DNA of 64,000 nt, taken from contig CAJFCJ010000007.1 of assembly GCA_904063045.1 (NCBI GenBank), positions 1,632,873 to 1,696,872 of the forward strand. Direction: 5' to 3'. The notes under the pieces were generated by a model. That model was not told the origin of the DNA, searched no databases, and saw only the letters and a program-made list of their open reading frames with translations. The stretch comes from Dimorphilus gyrociliatus (Eukaryota > Animalia > Annelida). The position numbers and the translations under genes were made by a program. Each line of letters begins with the position of its first letter. Position 1 is the stretch's first letter. Shown one piece after another: positions 1 through 11,881 of the stretch.

Positions 1-591
1 GAGAGCGCAATCTATACAATTGAGAACGGCGTGCTGTTTATCATTTAGCGCACACACTAGTCTTTCGAACGCCACAACTGCCATCTCGTCGAATCGAAAG
101 TAACCGGTGCCTTTTCGTTTTCATGACCACCATGTTCTACCCTTCCCACATTACTTTTTCTGCGTATACGGCTGTTTCCGTTATAAACCTTACTCCCTCT
201 TTAGCCAACTCGGCAATTGCTCTATTTCAGATGTAAACTGCTCTATTCAGTTGCCCTTTTTTATGAAAATTTAAGTTACTGCCATGCTAAATCTAAGTCT
301 TTAAGAACAGCGTTGTTTGTTCATGTTTGAAAAGGTTGGATTTATTTGCAGGTGAGTGTGTTTGAGAACAGACGCCGATAAATTACTACTAGCGACATCT
401 GGCGAATATGTTTAAATTGCGGCGCCAAATGTATGGGTTTTTCCAAATGTAACAGAGGGCGCGTAAATATTTTTGTTGAAGACTTAGAAAAAGTTTTATC
501 AAAATTAATTTTCTCTAAACTGTAAATGATTTTATTAAATAGCCAAAAATATATATGCATACATTAATAGTAAAAATAATTATGAAAAAAG

Positions 592-1191
592 TCAGTAGGG
601 TTTCACAGAAGTTAGTGCTTCTCGAATCAAGTCGATATTAAAAGGTGACGAAAGACCGCTTGCAGTTTTTTGTGCGATATTTTGTTCAATATAAGAGATA
701 GCTTTGAGAACACTCTCGTAGTCACCAACAATTTTAAATTCAGGAGTTCCAAGAATACTCGGTGAGTCTACTTCAACATTTGCAATTCTCTTGATGGTTT
801 GAATTGTACTTCCGCCTTTTCCTATAGTTAAACCAATATGTCTGTATCTAACAGGATGTCGATATTCAATCATAGGTTTGTTAGAACGCTTATGAATTGT
901 TTGTTGACTCTGTATACGGTCTACCTCTTTCTCAATTTCCGAGACGGCACATTGTACATTTTCCGGTGAGCCTTGAACACAGAATACTGATTCTTCGTGC
1001 CTTTTCGGCGTTGTAATCTTGGTATTTGTTTCAGAAATAATTTTCATTATCTTACAGCCTTTAGTACCAACAATCTGAGATACATATTCACTATTTGGAA
1101 CTTGAACCTTTTCCATAACGTCTTCTGTTGAAAAATTTCTCATTGCCAGACATTTGCTGAAAAGAATTCTGTAATGTTCGAGATCTGTCAT
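592..1191 (-). CDS. MEX3: MEX-3-like tandem KH-domain RNA-binding protein without a RING finger; intronless CDS
   Basis: 199-aa ORF with two KH domains. Both have intact GxxG loops (IVGTKGCKI, TIGKGGSTIQTIK). VQVPNSEYVSQIVG..GCKI matches the MEX-3 KH1 pattern. A probable 5' UTR intron runs 1600-1203 (AG|GTAAGT ... TTCAG). Confidence 0.7.
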   Translation of the reverse strand: MTDLEHYRILFSKCLAMRNFSTEDVMEKVQVPNSEYVSQIVGTKGCKIMKIISETNTKITTPKRHEESVFCVQGSPENVQCAVSEIEKEVDRIQSQQTIHKRSNKPMIEYRHPVRYRHIGLTIGKGGSTIQTIKRIANVEVDSPSILGTPEFKIVGDYESVLKAISYIEQNIAQKTASGLSSPFNIDLIREALTSVKPY

Positions 1192-1848
1192 CTTCTATTC
1201 GTCTGAAGGAACTTTTCGCTATTAATCAGCTTAATGATTTTTATACGCGAATAGGCGGGGCAATTGGAGATGGCTAACTCTCATTGGATAATCAAGAAGC
1301 TTGTAGTAAATTTATTATTTATATACTTAAAATTATCATTATTTATTTTTAAAGATATAATAGTAATAAAACTATTATAAAATTAATTAATAACCATTTT
1401 TAATATATCTTTTATCAGTAATAATAAAATAATAAAATAATTAATAGAAATAATTGAAATTTCTATAAAACCTACTTAAAAATGATCTTTTCTTTTTTTT
1501 TGTCGTTTCGTATGGTTTGAAGAACTAACTGAAATTATAATAAAGTAATGGCATATGGGCAATATCTATCGGCACGTTAGCACACGCTACCGATACTTAC
1601 CTATCGTGTCCCACAAATTATTGCGTAATGAACAAGCTTTTTATCAAGATCATTATATAAACTAATCCGTTTATCGCATGCTGACACGATAGACAAGTAG
1701 TCGACTCTATAGCTACTCGTTTTTCGCATCCTGTTATCTTAGATAACTTCATTTAGAAACAATTACTACTACAAATTATAACGGACTGTATTAGGTAAAT
1801 TAATTAAATTTTTTAAACTTTAGAGACGATGTGTATCGTAACAGTTTT

Positions 1849-2612
<764 letters not shown>

Positions 2613-2974
2613 TTTGCTACAGAAAATAGATATTTAAGACAGAGCTCAATTGTTTATTATAATAAAATTAACGAAATTAGCAGAGATATCAAAGGCGTTC
2701 GTTAAACTCACTGAAAAGTCTTTGTATAATCAAAATTTTAACAATGTTAAAATAGTCATTTTGGCGAGAAACGAAAACATTTACTTCGCCATTTTGTATT
2801 TGTGTTTGACGTCATCAGTTTTTGCTAAGTCGCCCCATCTATCGGGTATCGGTCTATATTTTCGTAAAAGACAGTATATTTCAATTAATATTTGCGTATT
2901 TTCGCTTGAATTTTTTAATAATTATTTCGTAATAAACAAACATTTAATTTAGCAATTGAAACAAGTCAGCTAAT

Positions 2975-5651
2975 TTAATAGCTCTGTTCTTGAACAATTC
3001 GAACAGCTTCTCTGACAGCATCCTCAATATTTTGAAAATGGGGACATTCTTGGGTAATTTCAAATAAGTAAGTGCGAGCCCTGTTGTAATCTTTGATTGC
3101 ATTCTCAGTTAACTAGAAAAAATAATGAGAATATAAGAATAATAAGTATTAACAGCTATGTTTTCGTAATTACCTCCTCTCCAGAAATTTTTTTCGTGTT
3201 AATACTTAAGATACAAAAAATTACTTTTCGACCCAATCCGGAGTAGTAAGCCGCCTACAAATAATATTAAGATATGAAATTTACATTTCCATTTTAAAAT
3301 GCTACTTTAGAATTAACATACCTCAAGCATAGAAGTAATTCCTCGTGTCTGGGATGTTATTACATAAAGAAGTGCTTTACAATGGTCCTTGACTGACGCT
3401 TCGCGAGCGATGTATCTGGTGGTCCATTCTTGTTTCTTAGGATTATAGTAGGTGAGACCTGCTTTGTCTAATATAGGTATTGCTATTTCCTCTCTCCATA
3501 ATGAATCTGCGCAAGTCCCTCCTAAGAAAATATCATAATCTTGAACTGATTTTGTTCGTATCAACTCTGGACAACTTTGAGAACGACCAATTAACCAATC
3601 GTAAATAACTATGGGAAAACGAACAATTCCTCTAAGGATTGATGCAACGCTCAACTGTCGTTCGTTTTTAAATTCTGTAACTAAACAGTAAAACTCTTCT
3701 AGATTGAACTTTTTATCTGGGCCAGAAGAATGCCAGACCCATTTCGGCAAATCAGCGGATGTTAAATATTTAAAAGCTTCGTTTATTTCATCTCTATTTA
3801 AATAATCAGCACCATGCTTGTCGAATGCTTCCTTTATTTGCCTGAAAAATCATTCACCTAATTAAGAAAGAAAAATAAACTCAGGAATTTACAACCGGAA
3901 TTTATCGGATATCCTAACGTGCGGATGCTTAACTGGGATGGCACCATCTTTCAAAGTGAGCTCCTCAAGGGGAATGTCCTCGTGTAAAACGCGACGAAGG
4001 CACTCAAGCGCAACATCTATATCACTAAAAACTGGAATACCTCGTCTTTCTACTAAATGAGTTAGGTAGGCATGACTTCGACATAAATCTTCATATTCTC
4101 TATTTAATTGTTAAATATAGCTTTCTCGAGAAATATCATAAGATAACCTACATTTCAGAAAGCTTTTCGCCTGCGACTTCTTTATGTGGTCCATCGAAGC
4201 GTTTGATTATAAGAATTAAAGGTTTCCCTTTAGCTGCCAGATTGGCAGACTCTACCATGGAGGCTGTTGATCTAGTAACGTTATCAATCACAAAAAATAG
4301 AACTTCTGCACGGTCCTTAGCCTCAGTTTCTTGTTGTACTAACTCCTCGCTCCAATCATCTCTTTGCTATATACAATTTAACAAAACTTATTTTACTATC
4401 TTGAATATTTACGATTGGTTATAAAACCTATTAAGTATCCAGAAATAGTTCAGAGGACAATATTTTGGAAATGAATGAAAAATGTATGTATAAGATACTT
4501 TCAATAAAAACTAATGTAGCAAAAAAGACTGAACTCACTGGGTTATAAAAAGTCAGGTTATGTTTCATTAAAAAAGGGATAACAGTATCTCCTCTCCACG
4601 TTGTAGGATTACAAGATCCGCCTAAAAAAACTGAGAAAAAATTGAAAATAATATATATATTATCCAAGGAATGTTTGAATGCTGTCACGATATAAATTAA
4701 GGTTATATGCAAATAAGATATTTCAATTGAACTGAGGTGAGAAGGAAACGACATACTGTTAGCTTTTAAAGAGACCTAAAATTTCCTTAATATATGAAAA
4801 TACTTTAAAATCATTACAAATTTCAGAGTAGAGGGAGTTGCTTTTTAGTTTAGTTAGACTAAGAACACATCAAAAATTCCATGTAATTTAATTCCATCTG
4901 AGAATTTTCATTCTTTTGTTTAGAACGGCTAAGGGAAAGTCTCAACACATACCTTGAAAAGAAGATAAAGCTGAAACGTTGATTAGAGTAAGCATCAATC
5001 TACTCGTTTTCTTTTTTTTTAGAATAATGATTCTGACCAGTTGTTATTCGAAACTTACTGAAATCTCCACATTGTCTACATTTTGGTGGAGTCGCGTTGG
5101 GAGATTTTCTGTCCGCGGAACTAATGATGTACCATAAGGTATATGACAACATAATATAAAACAAATTAAACTGCTCTACCATTTTCTATATTCATCTTCT
5201 AAAACGCTAACAATATAGCAAAATTCACCGAATGATATCTTTTTTTCCAATCGCCCTGATATTTGACACGCGTCGTGAACGTATTCAACAACTAAATTAA
5301 TATTTGATTGTTAATAGTTTATGATTTTACAATATCAGCGATATACCTTGCGATTCTGCAGGATAAATATCTAAAATATGTAAACATTTTCTCAATTCAT
5401 TGCTTGTCAGCCAATTGTTAGAGTTATTGCCTTCGAATATTTCTCTCAATTTTCTGAAAGTAAAAATTAATCATGCTTAAACACGAAAATGACTCAAAAG
5501 GAACATTTTTCTATATAAGTTTTTCGATTGTTCAAATTTTACTAAGCCTATTCCGAGTGATAATGAGGTAGATTTACAAAAATCACAATAAAAAACTAAT
5601 CGCTCACTTGGTTTTTTCTCCAAAAACTGGCTTTTGATCGGGAGAAAACAT
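2975..5651 (-). CDS. raw: Raw-like protein: two nucleoside 2-deoxyribosyltransferase-like repeats with EF-hand-like segments; multi-exon
   Basis: Hand-spliced exons give VFLGGSCNPTTWR...TFYNP...TRSTASMVESA and DIFLGGTCADSLWR...TYYNP...TRGITSMLEAAYY...DYNRARTYL, the repeat seen in Drosophila Raw. ATG at 5651 (MFSPDQK), stop at 2975-2977. Some internal exon boundaries are uncertain. Confidence 0.72.
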
Positions 5652-5892
5652 CGATGACTACCACTTTAGCTGTTAACAAGCAGCCTTTATCATTAAGGTC
5701 TGAAATCTCGTTAATAAATTTGGACAGAATTTCGGGTAGCACAAAATGACGTATGTTTTATTTTTAGCAACTTACAAAATCGTGCAGATGGCACTGGTGA
5801 TAACCCAAAAATCTCTGACGTCATCACAACATTGGACGTCAGCACTCTTAACTGTAATAACCAATATTTTTCCTAATTAAGTGGCACAAATA
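5652..5892. promoter_or_regulatory. Bidirectional promoter between raw-like and the Lys-rich membrane protein gene
   Basis: 241 bp between divergent ATGs. It contains a perfect CRE (TGACGTCA, 5816-5823), a second GACGTCA and a CTCF-like TGCAGATGGCAC near 5783. Confidence 0.55.
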
Positions 5893-6857
5893 ATGGATTC
5901 GATGGAATTTTTGAATGTACAATTTGCTATACCAATAGTAGGTGTCGTTTTATGCGTATTTTTGGTTTTTGCTTTTGGATTTAGATCTGTTGGACAGCCT
6001 AGCTTTGAAGCAATAGGTGAAGTTGAAATAAAAAGAAGGAAGGGAAGAGAGGTCAAAAAAAATTCAAAGACCAAAGTTACTAATAGCACTACGATCATTG
6101 AAAAGTCTAAAAATGAACCTGAAAAGAAATCGACTGTTAAAAAGCGTTCTACAGAAAATAAACCTGTTAAACAGCTGTCGGTTAAGAAAAACGTTAATGA
6201 GAAGCCCCACAAACCAGTCGTAGAAGAAGAAATGACAATGAAGGACGGTGAATGGCAAACTTGTTTGTCTAAAAGAAGAAGCAGAAAACTGCGTGAAGAA
6301 AGTATAAGTAATGATTCAGATAAAGAAACACAAAAAAGTTCTACAAAGAAAGGAAAGTCAGCGGAAAATATGAATAGGAAAAAGGAAGAAAGGCCACAAA
6401 ACTCCAAGCAAAAGAGTAAACCACTGAAGGTTAGTACATATATAATTATATAGTAATAATATCTATTTTATGAGATTACAGAATATATAACTTTTCGTAT
6501 AGGAATCAGTTGAAAACTTGAATGCAACAAAATCATCCAACGTAAAGCCTACAGTTAGAAAGGAGGCTCTTAAAGAGGTTGAATCTAATCAGCCAACTAA
6601 GAAAGTTGAAGAAAAGTTGATAATAAATACTTCTGAAACAAGTAAGCATGACGATGGAATAAAAAGATTTGACACTAAATATTTTTTATTGCAGGTCAGG
6701 GGAAAAACATTGCAACCGAAAATTCACATTCCAAGGAAACTAACGGTAAATAAATAGAAATTTAAATGAAAAAAGACCAATAGCATATATTCTTTTTTTA
6801 TTAGACTGGCAGGAAGCCCCACGAAAATCGAAGAAAAAGACCAGAAGAGAGCAGTGA
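5893..6857 (+). CDS. N-terminally anchored Lys-rich ER membrane protein (RRBP1/kinectin/LYRIC-like); 4 exons
   Basis: A single N-terminal TM segment (IPIVGVVLCVFLVFAFGF) is followed by a long K/E/S-rich tail with GEWQT and DWQEAPRKSKKK motifs. Short GT-AG introns lie at 6430-6502, about 6640-6694 and about 6747-6805. Family assignment is tentative. Confidence 0.55.
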
Positions 6858-7165
6858 TACGCCACTAGAAAATTTACCAAACGGCAGTTTTACTTTTGAA
6901 CTGTGATTTGTTTTCGATTTATGTAATTTTCATTATGAATGTTGTTGTCACTAAGTGACAAACGCCATACCTACTGCAGAATGGTGGTGCAACTAGACGC
7001 ATTCCAATATATATCGCCATTCTATTTAGGCACAATATCACTGTTAGTTCATTTGTTGTCTTTTAAACTTAAGTTAACATATTAAGGACTAGTCTTTCTA
7101 CATGTGGTTGGTGGTTATGTTTAAATTCATAATGTAAACTGCGTCATTAATTTTTGAAAATATAT

Positions 7166-7852
7166 ATGGCTAAGAAGTCTTCTATATTCAGTGTGATAAA
7201 TTTAATAATACTACCTCTATCTTTGGTTCTCTTGATTATAGGATATTCTTTACCTAGATGGGCACGGGCAGAATACAAACTGGGTGATAAGGCTCCTTTT
7301 GATAGAAATTTTGACATAAATAAACCGAGCGAAGCCTTAGTTAAATTTAGTCTGTGGCAAGCTTGTTTCAAATCGAAATGTCTAAGAACTGAAACACTGT
7401 TAACAGAAGAATATTTATGCGTTAGTTTTAACTCAAACGAGGGTGGGTCTATCATTTTAGCTCAAGTTTGTGGAATACTCAGTATCTGCATTTGCTGTTG
7501 TCTTGTTTTATCACTGATTTTTGCAACTTTTTCGACTAAATTATCAAAAACCGAATCAACAGTTATAGTTTTTGGATTTTGCTTAACATCTTCAGTCTTG
7601 TCGTTAATACCGCCTATATTATATTTATCTAAAGCCATTCCCATAATCACTAAGTATCCTCACCTTAAAAACGTTTTTTACGCTTATAAGTTATGTAAGG
7701 TTTATAAAGTTAAGGTAGGCTATGCATCTTATATTATTGTTACAGCAGCATGTTTACAACTATTTGGGGCCTTGTTTTCTTACTTCGCCTTTGGATCTAT
7801 TACAGACTTTCGTGAAACATCAATCAAATCTGCAGATGAGTCCGAGATTTGA
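7166..7852 (+). CDS. Claudin/PMP22-superfamily tetraspan membrane protein; intronless
   Basis: Four hydrophobic segments, a W...SLWQAC...C first-loop signature and a C-terminal class I PDZ-binding-like tail (ESEI). Confidence 0.7.
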   Translation: MAKKSSIFSVINLIILPLSLVLLIIGYSLPRWARAEYKLGDKAPFDRNFDINKPSEALVKFSLWQACFKSKCLRTETLLTEEYLCVSFNSNEGGSIILAQVCGILSICICCCLVLSLIFATFSTKLSKTESTVIVFGFCLTSSVLSLIPPILYLSKAIPIITKYPHLKNVFYAYKLCKVYKVKVGYASYIIVTAACLQLFGALFSYFAFGSITDFRETSIKSADESEI

Positions 7853-8174
7853 CCGAAAAGTTGTTAGGCATATCAACTTTTAAGATAAAGCCACGTGGCG
7901 TTTTGAAACATGGGAAATAATTAACATACTTTTGAAAGTTAAAATAGCATATCAGTTTATGAGATAACGTGACAATTAATATTATCTAACAAAATACAAT
8001 ATATCATCAGTTGTCAAGGAAGTTCAATATTGCTAAAATTATTGAACATCTTATTGTCATTTCTACATAACTATCAATATAGAAAAACAGTTTTCAAAGA
8101 ATTACTGTATAACTTTTGATGTTAAAATTTATAAGAGCAATCGGTTTTAAATTACACGCGCTATTTTTGGTTAA

Positions 8175-8211
8175 TCACGTGACATCGTAAAGCGTACCGC
8201 TGGTCACGTGA
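8175..8211. promoter_or_regulatory. Paired TCACGTGA E-boxes upstream of ZNF507
   Basis: TCACGTGA occurs at 8175-8182 and 8204-8211, about 140-175 bp before the ATG. Confidence 0.5.
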
Positions 8212-8350
8212 CCATTCGTCGCCATGATAGAAGCAGCATGATGCTTAGCCTGTAATCTTTATATTTCGATAAAGCTCTTGTAAATAGAGAGCTATAATCA
8301 ATTGACTATTTTTACAAAATCTTTGAATAGAATAGTAGATCATATTAAAT

Positions 8351-10381
8351 ATGTCTACGACCATTAATATTCAAAAATCAGATGGTACTGAAGTCCAAGC
8401 CCTAGTTCGGCTAGACGATGCCATTCGTTGGACCGAGGAAGAAAAAGCTGAAGAGAGTTTGACGATAAGACTTGGAAAATTACCTTCTAGAGTATATGAT
8501 TGTGCCCCATCAACCGAAGCTACCTTGGTTTTGGCTGAAAATTGGTCTTGCTGGAAGGATTCAAGATCAGGAGAGAGATATTATTGTTCGGACTGCGATT
8601 ATAGTAGCTCACAAAGGGCGTATATCAGACAACATGTCGACGTCACTCATTGCGACTTCAGACCATTCAAATGTCCTCTATGTGAATATGCTGGGAAGAG
8701 AAGTCATGCTCTGAGAGAACACATGTTACTTCACTCAAGAATCAGACCCTACAAGTGTGATGTGTGCCCAGCATCGTTCAGGAAGAAAAACCACTTGACT
8801 ACTCATAGCAAAACGCACATTAGGAAATCATCTTCATCTACTTGTCCATTTTGTAAGCTCCAAGTATCAAAGCTAACTCCATTGACAAAACATATTCGAA
8901 CTGTCCATAGCGATGACGCCATCGTTTGTGACTACTGCGAATATTTTACAATTAATATGGAAGAAATTGATGAGCATGTGTCTTCCCATGGAAACATTGC
9001 GACTTACAAGTGCGCACATTGTAATTTTTCTTGCAAGTTGAAGCAATTAATAGAATCACATGTCAAGCAAAAGCATCATGTGGAACAAAACAAAGAAGAT
9101 GAAAAGGAAGAACTGATATTGAAATGTTCTGTTTGCGGATTTTTAACACCCTCTCGCTCTGAATTAAAAGAGCACATGTCAGAACATATAGAATCCCAGG
9201 GTTTTGTGCATGATGAAGGCTTGTATAGATGCACAATTTGCTCATATACTTGCGAGATGCAGAGAACAATAAAGGCTCATATCTGGAAACATTCAGGTCA
9301 CAGGGATATAAGTTATCCCTGCTTTAATACTGGTGAGGAAAATGCTGCAGTGAAAATGGAAGCTAGTCCAAAGAGGATTGAAACAAATGATGGAGGTGAT
9401 TTGGTAGTTGGTTGTCAAGTAGACGTATTTTCCTCTGAAGAAAAAGATGTAGTTGTTGGGCACAATTACACATCATCCCGAAAACGAAAAAGAAATGAAT
9501 CGGAAGATGAAAGGATGGCTATAGCGAAATTTTTTGTGGAGAAATTGAACGATTTAGCTGTAACAGTAGTTCCAGAGAAAAAAAGTAACACGGATGAGAG
9601 CTGTTGTAGCTCCCCTCGCTCACACTCTCCAGGAATATCAAGTAGCCTCCTCGAGGTGGCTGAAACTTGTCTCAAAAGGGAAAATGGTAAGAGCTCAGAA
9701 ATTAAATGTTCTTTATGTGCGCATAGAGCAGAAACTACCGCCGATCTAGAAAAGCATGCATTGGAACAACACTGTACATTGAGAACGTTCAAGTGTAAAT
9801 CATGTTCAGCATCTTTTTATTACAAGAATCAGCTAAGAATTCACATGTCTGTTCACGAAAATGGCGAAGTGGCTGAATATGGATCATCCAAATGTTCTAC
9901 TTGTAATCGGATTTTCGAAACAGTAAATGAACTGGAAGAACATGTTAAGACAGATCATAATGCCAAAGACGGAACTCTTCAATGCTCACAATGTGACTTT
10001 GTTGCCATTTCGAGTAGAGCTTTAAAATCTCACCAAAAGCGTCATAAATGGGATGCTCGCTATGTAGCACACCCATTAGAGCAATACAAGTGCGCTTTAT
10101 GCGGTTATGTTTGTCATCATTTACCATCGTTAAAATCGCACATGTGGCGACATTCAGCTCATACCAACTATTCGTACGCCGCAACTAACGATGCAATCAA
10201 TGCAGCTTTAGATGGACGGTCCCATCCTCACACAGCTACTTTAGTAACTTTTCGTTGTTGTCAGTGCGGCTATGAAACTGATGAGCGACAAGAATTAACC
10301 GAGCATATGATTACTCATCAGGATATCATTGAAAAAACTCTTATGATTAATAAGGCAGCTCTTGGTCAAGCAGCTGTTTAA
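8351..10381 (+). CDS. ZNF507: Multi-C2H2 zinc finger protein, ZNF507-like; intronless
   Basis: 676-aa ORF with many C2H2 fingers. YKCALCGYVCHHLPSLKSHMWRH...NYSY...NDAINAA closely resembles the distinctive ZNF507 C-terminal finger and flank. Confidence 0.72.
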   Translation: MSTTINIQKSDGTEVQALVRLDDAIRWTEEEKAEESLTIRLGKLPSRVYDCAPSTEATLVLAENWSCWKDSRSGERYYCSDCDYSSSQRAYIRQHVDVTHCDFRPFKCPLCEYAGKRSHALREHMLLHSRIRPYKCDVCPASFRKKNHLTTHSKTHIRKSSSSTCPFCKLQVSKLTPLTKHIRTVHSDDAIVCDYCEYFTINMEEIDEHVSSHGNIATYKCAHCNFSCKLKQLIESHVKQKHHVEQNKEDEKEELILKCSVCGFLTPSRSELKEHMSEHIESQGFVHDEGLYRCTICSYTCEMQRTIKAHIWKHSGHRDISYPCFNTGEENAAVKMEASPKRIETNDGGDLVVGCQVDVFSSEEKDVVVGHNYTSSRKRKRNESEDERMAIAKFFVEKLNDLAVTVVPEKKSNTDESCCSSPRSHSPGISSSLLEVAETCLKRENGKSSEIKCSLCAHRAETTADLEKHALEQHCTLRTFKCKSCSASFYYKNQLRIHMSVHENGEVAEYGSSKCSTCNRIFETVNELEEHVKTDHNAKDGTLQCSQCDFVAISSRALKSHQKRHKWDARYVAHPLEQYKCALCGYVCHHLPSLKSHMWRHSAHTNYSYAATNDAINAALDGRSHPHTATLVTFRCCQCGYETDERQELTEHMITHQDIIEKTLMINKAALGQAAV

Positions 10382-10478
10382 TATTTTGTGAATGGTGCAC
10401 ACTTCTTATTGTCTCAAAATTTGTATACAAAGATTTGCTTCGCAGTAGCGTTTGTTAGATAGATTTTTTGTTGCGGTT

Positions 10479-11722
10479 TCAAATAAATAGTTTTCGCCCT
10501 TGTGCAGGCGTTTTAAAGTTCATTTTTTTCTCATTGTCTTTATCAGCATAATAGTCTAATAGTTCTCTTAAACTAATTTTCAATTCCTCCGTACCTATTC
10601 GCTCTTTGGCTGATATATTGTAAATTTTATCAAACCTAAACGATCGCGAGGGAACATATTCCTCAGGAACTTTGTCAAAATAACTCTCAACGCTTAAAGC
10701 CTGTTTTGCAATTAAATCCGCTTGATCAGAGGCATTAGCTAAATCGATTTTGTTAATGGCGAGAACTGCTGGCTTCTCCAAAAGGCTAGGATTAAACAAT
10801 TCTAATTCTTTAATTAAGAAGATGATATTTTCTATTGCTGATCGACAAGGATGAGCTGCTGATAGTTGAAAACCATAGACATCAACGAGAAATAAAAGTA
10901 ACTTTGTTCTTTCAACATGTTTTAGGAACTTGTGGCCCATTCCTACATTAAGATGGGCTCCTTCAACTAATCCTGGCAGGTCTGCAATGCTGATTTTTCT
11001 TAAATCTGAATATTGCATTATTCCCAGTTGAGGCCGTAAAGTTGTAAAAGGATATGAAGCAATCCGGGGTCTAGCTCTTGAAATAGCTGACAGTATTGTA
11101 GACTTTCCTGCATTTGGGAAGCCAACTAGTCCTATATCTGCTATAAGTTTTAAATCCAGACTAACAGATCTGGCCTCCCCCTTCTGACCAAGAAAGTTGT
11201 TCTTCTCTTGCCCCCCTTCACCACCTTTTGAGACTAACACTCTTTCATTTCGCCTGTTGACTTCTCCTATAACAGAGTTATCATCCAATCTTACAGTTAT
11301 CCCTATAGGAACAGGAATTTCAATACTTTTCCCCCGTCTCCCTAATAACTCCGTCTTCCTACAGGATTATGATAGTAATCTAATAAAACAATTAATACTA
11401 TTTATTCAAATTACCTGCTTTTCTTCCCTCCTTCAGCTAGAAACCGTTTTGCTGGTGACAACTCGTCTAATTTTTTCAGAGTAGCAGTTTCACTTCCAAC
11501 TACATAAACATTACCTCCTTTGCCTCCAACTCCTCCAAAGCTAGAAAGCCCATCACCACCTTTACCTCCTTTTACGTAAACACGCAATTTATCAATGAAC
11601 TTGCTTCCCCCCTGATTGATATCATATTATCGCTCACTGCGGCATGTTTAAATTGAAATAGTTACCCCTTTTACACGAAGATTTTTATATTGTGCTAGAA
11701 AGTATCTTGTCATATAAACCAT
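10479..11722 (-). CDS. GTPBP10: Obg-family GTPase GTPBP10; 3 exons
   Basis: KFIDKLRVYVKGGKGGDG start, G1 GFPNAGKST, G2 YPFTT, G3 DLPG and G4 NKID. ATG at 11722 is joined by a phase-0 intron. Confidence 0.9.
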
Positions 11723-11881
11723 TGCATATAGTCTTGAAAAATAGTTTGTTACACTGAAAAGCTCCTGTAAACAGCAAGTTTAGAGCGGTACATTGAACCG
11801 GATATTCAACTGATGGTGGCGCGAAATTTCAAATTATTGCAAAAATTTTATTTGTAAGATGCTTTACTATTTCAGAATATT

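Noticed and set aside
1320-1500. Extremely AT-rich stretch with TAATAA/AAATAA micro-repeats
   Set aside because: Low-complexity intronic sequence with no consistent repeat unit; not a CRISPR array or satellite.
1593-1602. ATACTTACCT, identical to the 5' end of U1 snRNA
   Set aside because: The following sequence does not resemble U1. It is the reverse complement of a consensus 5' splice site on the minus strand.
11723-11881. Operon or trans-splicing between co-oriented ZFAND1 and GTPBP10 (160-bp gap with an acceptor-like TTTACAG)
   Set aside because: The gap contains an AATAAA plus E2F-like and CTCF-like promoter motifs, consistent with independent transcription. No spliced-leader evidence is visible in DNA alone.
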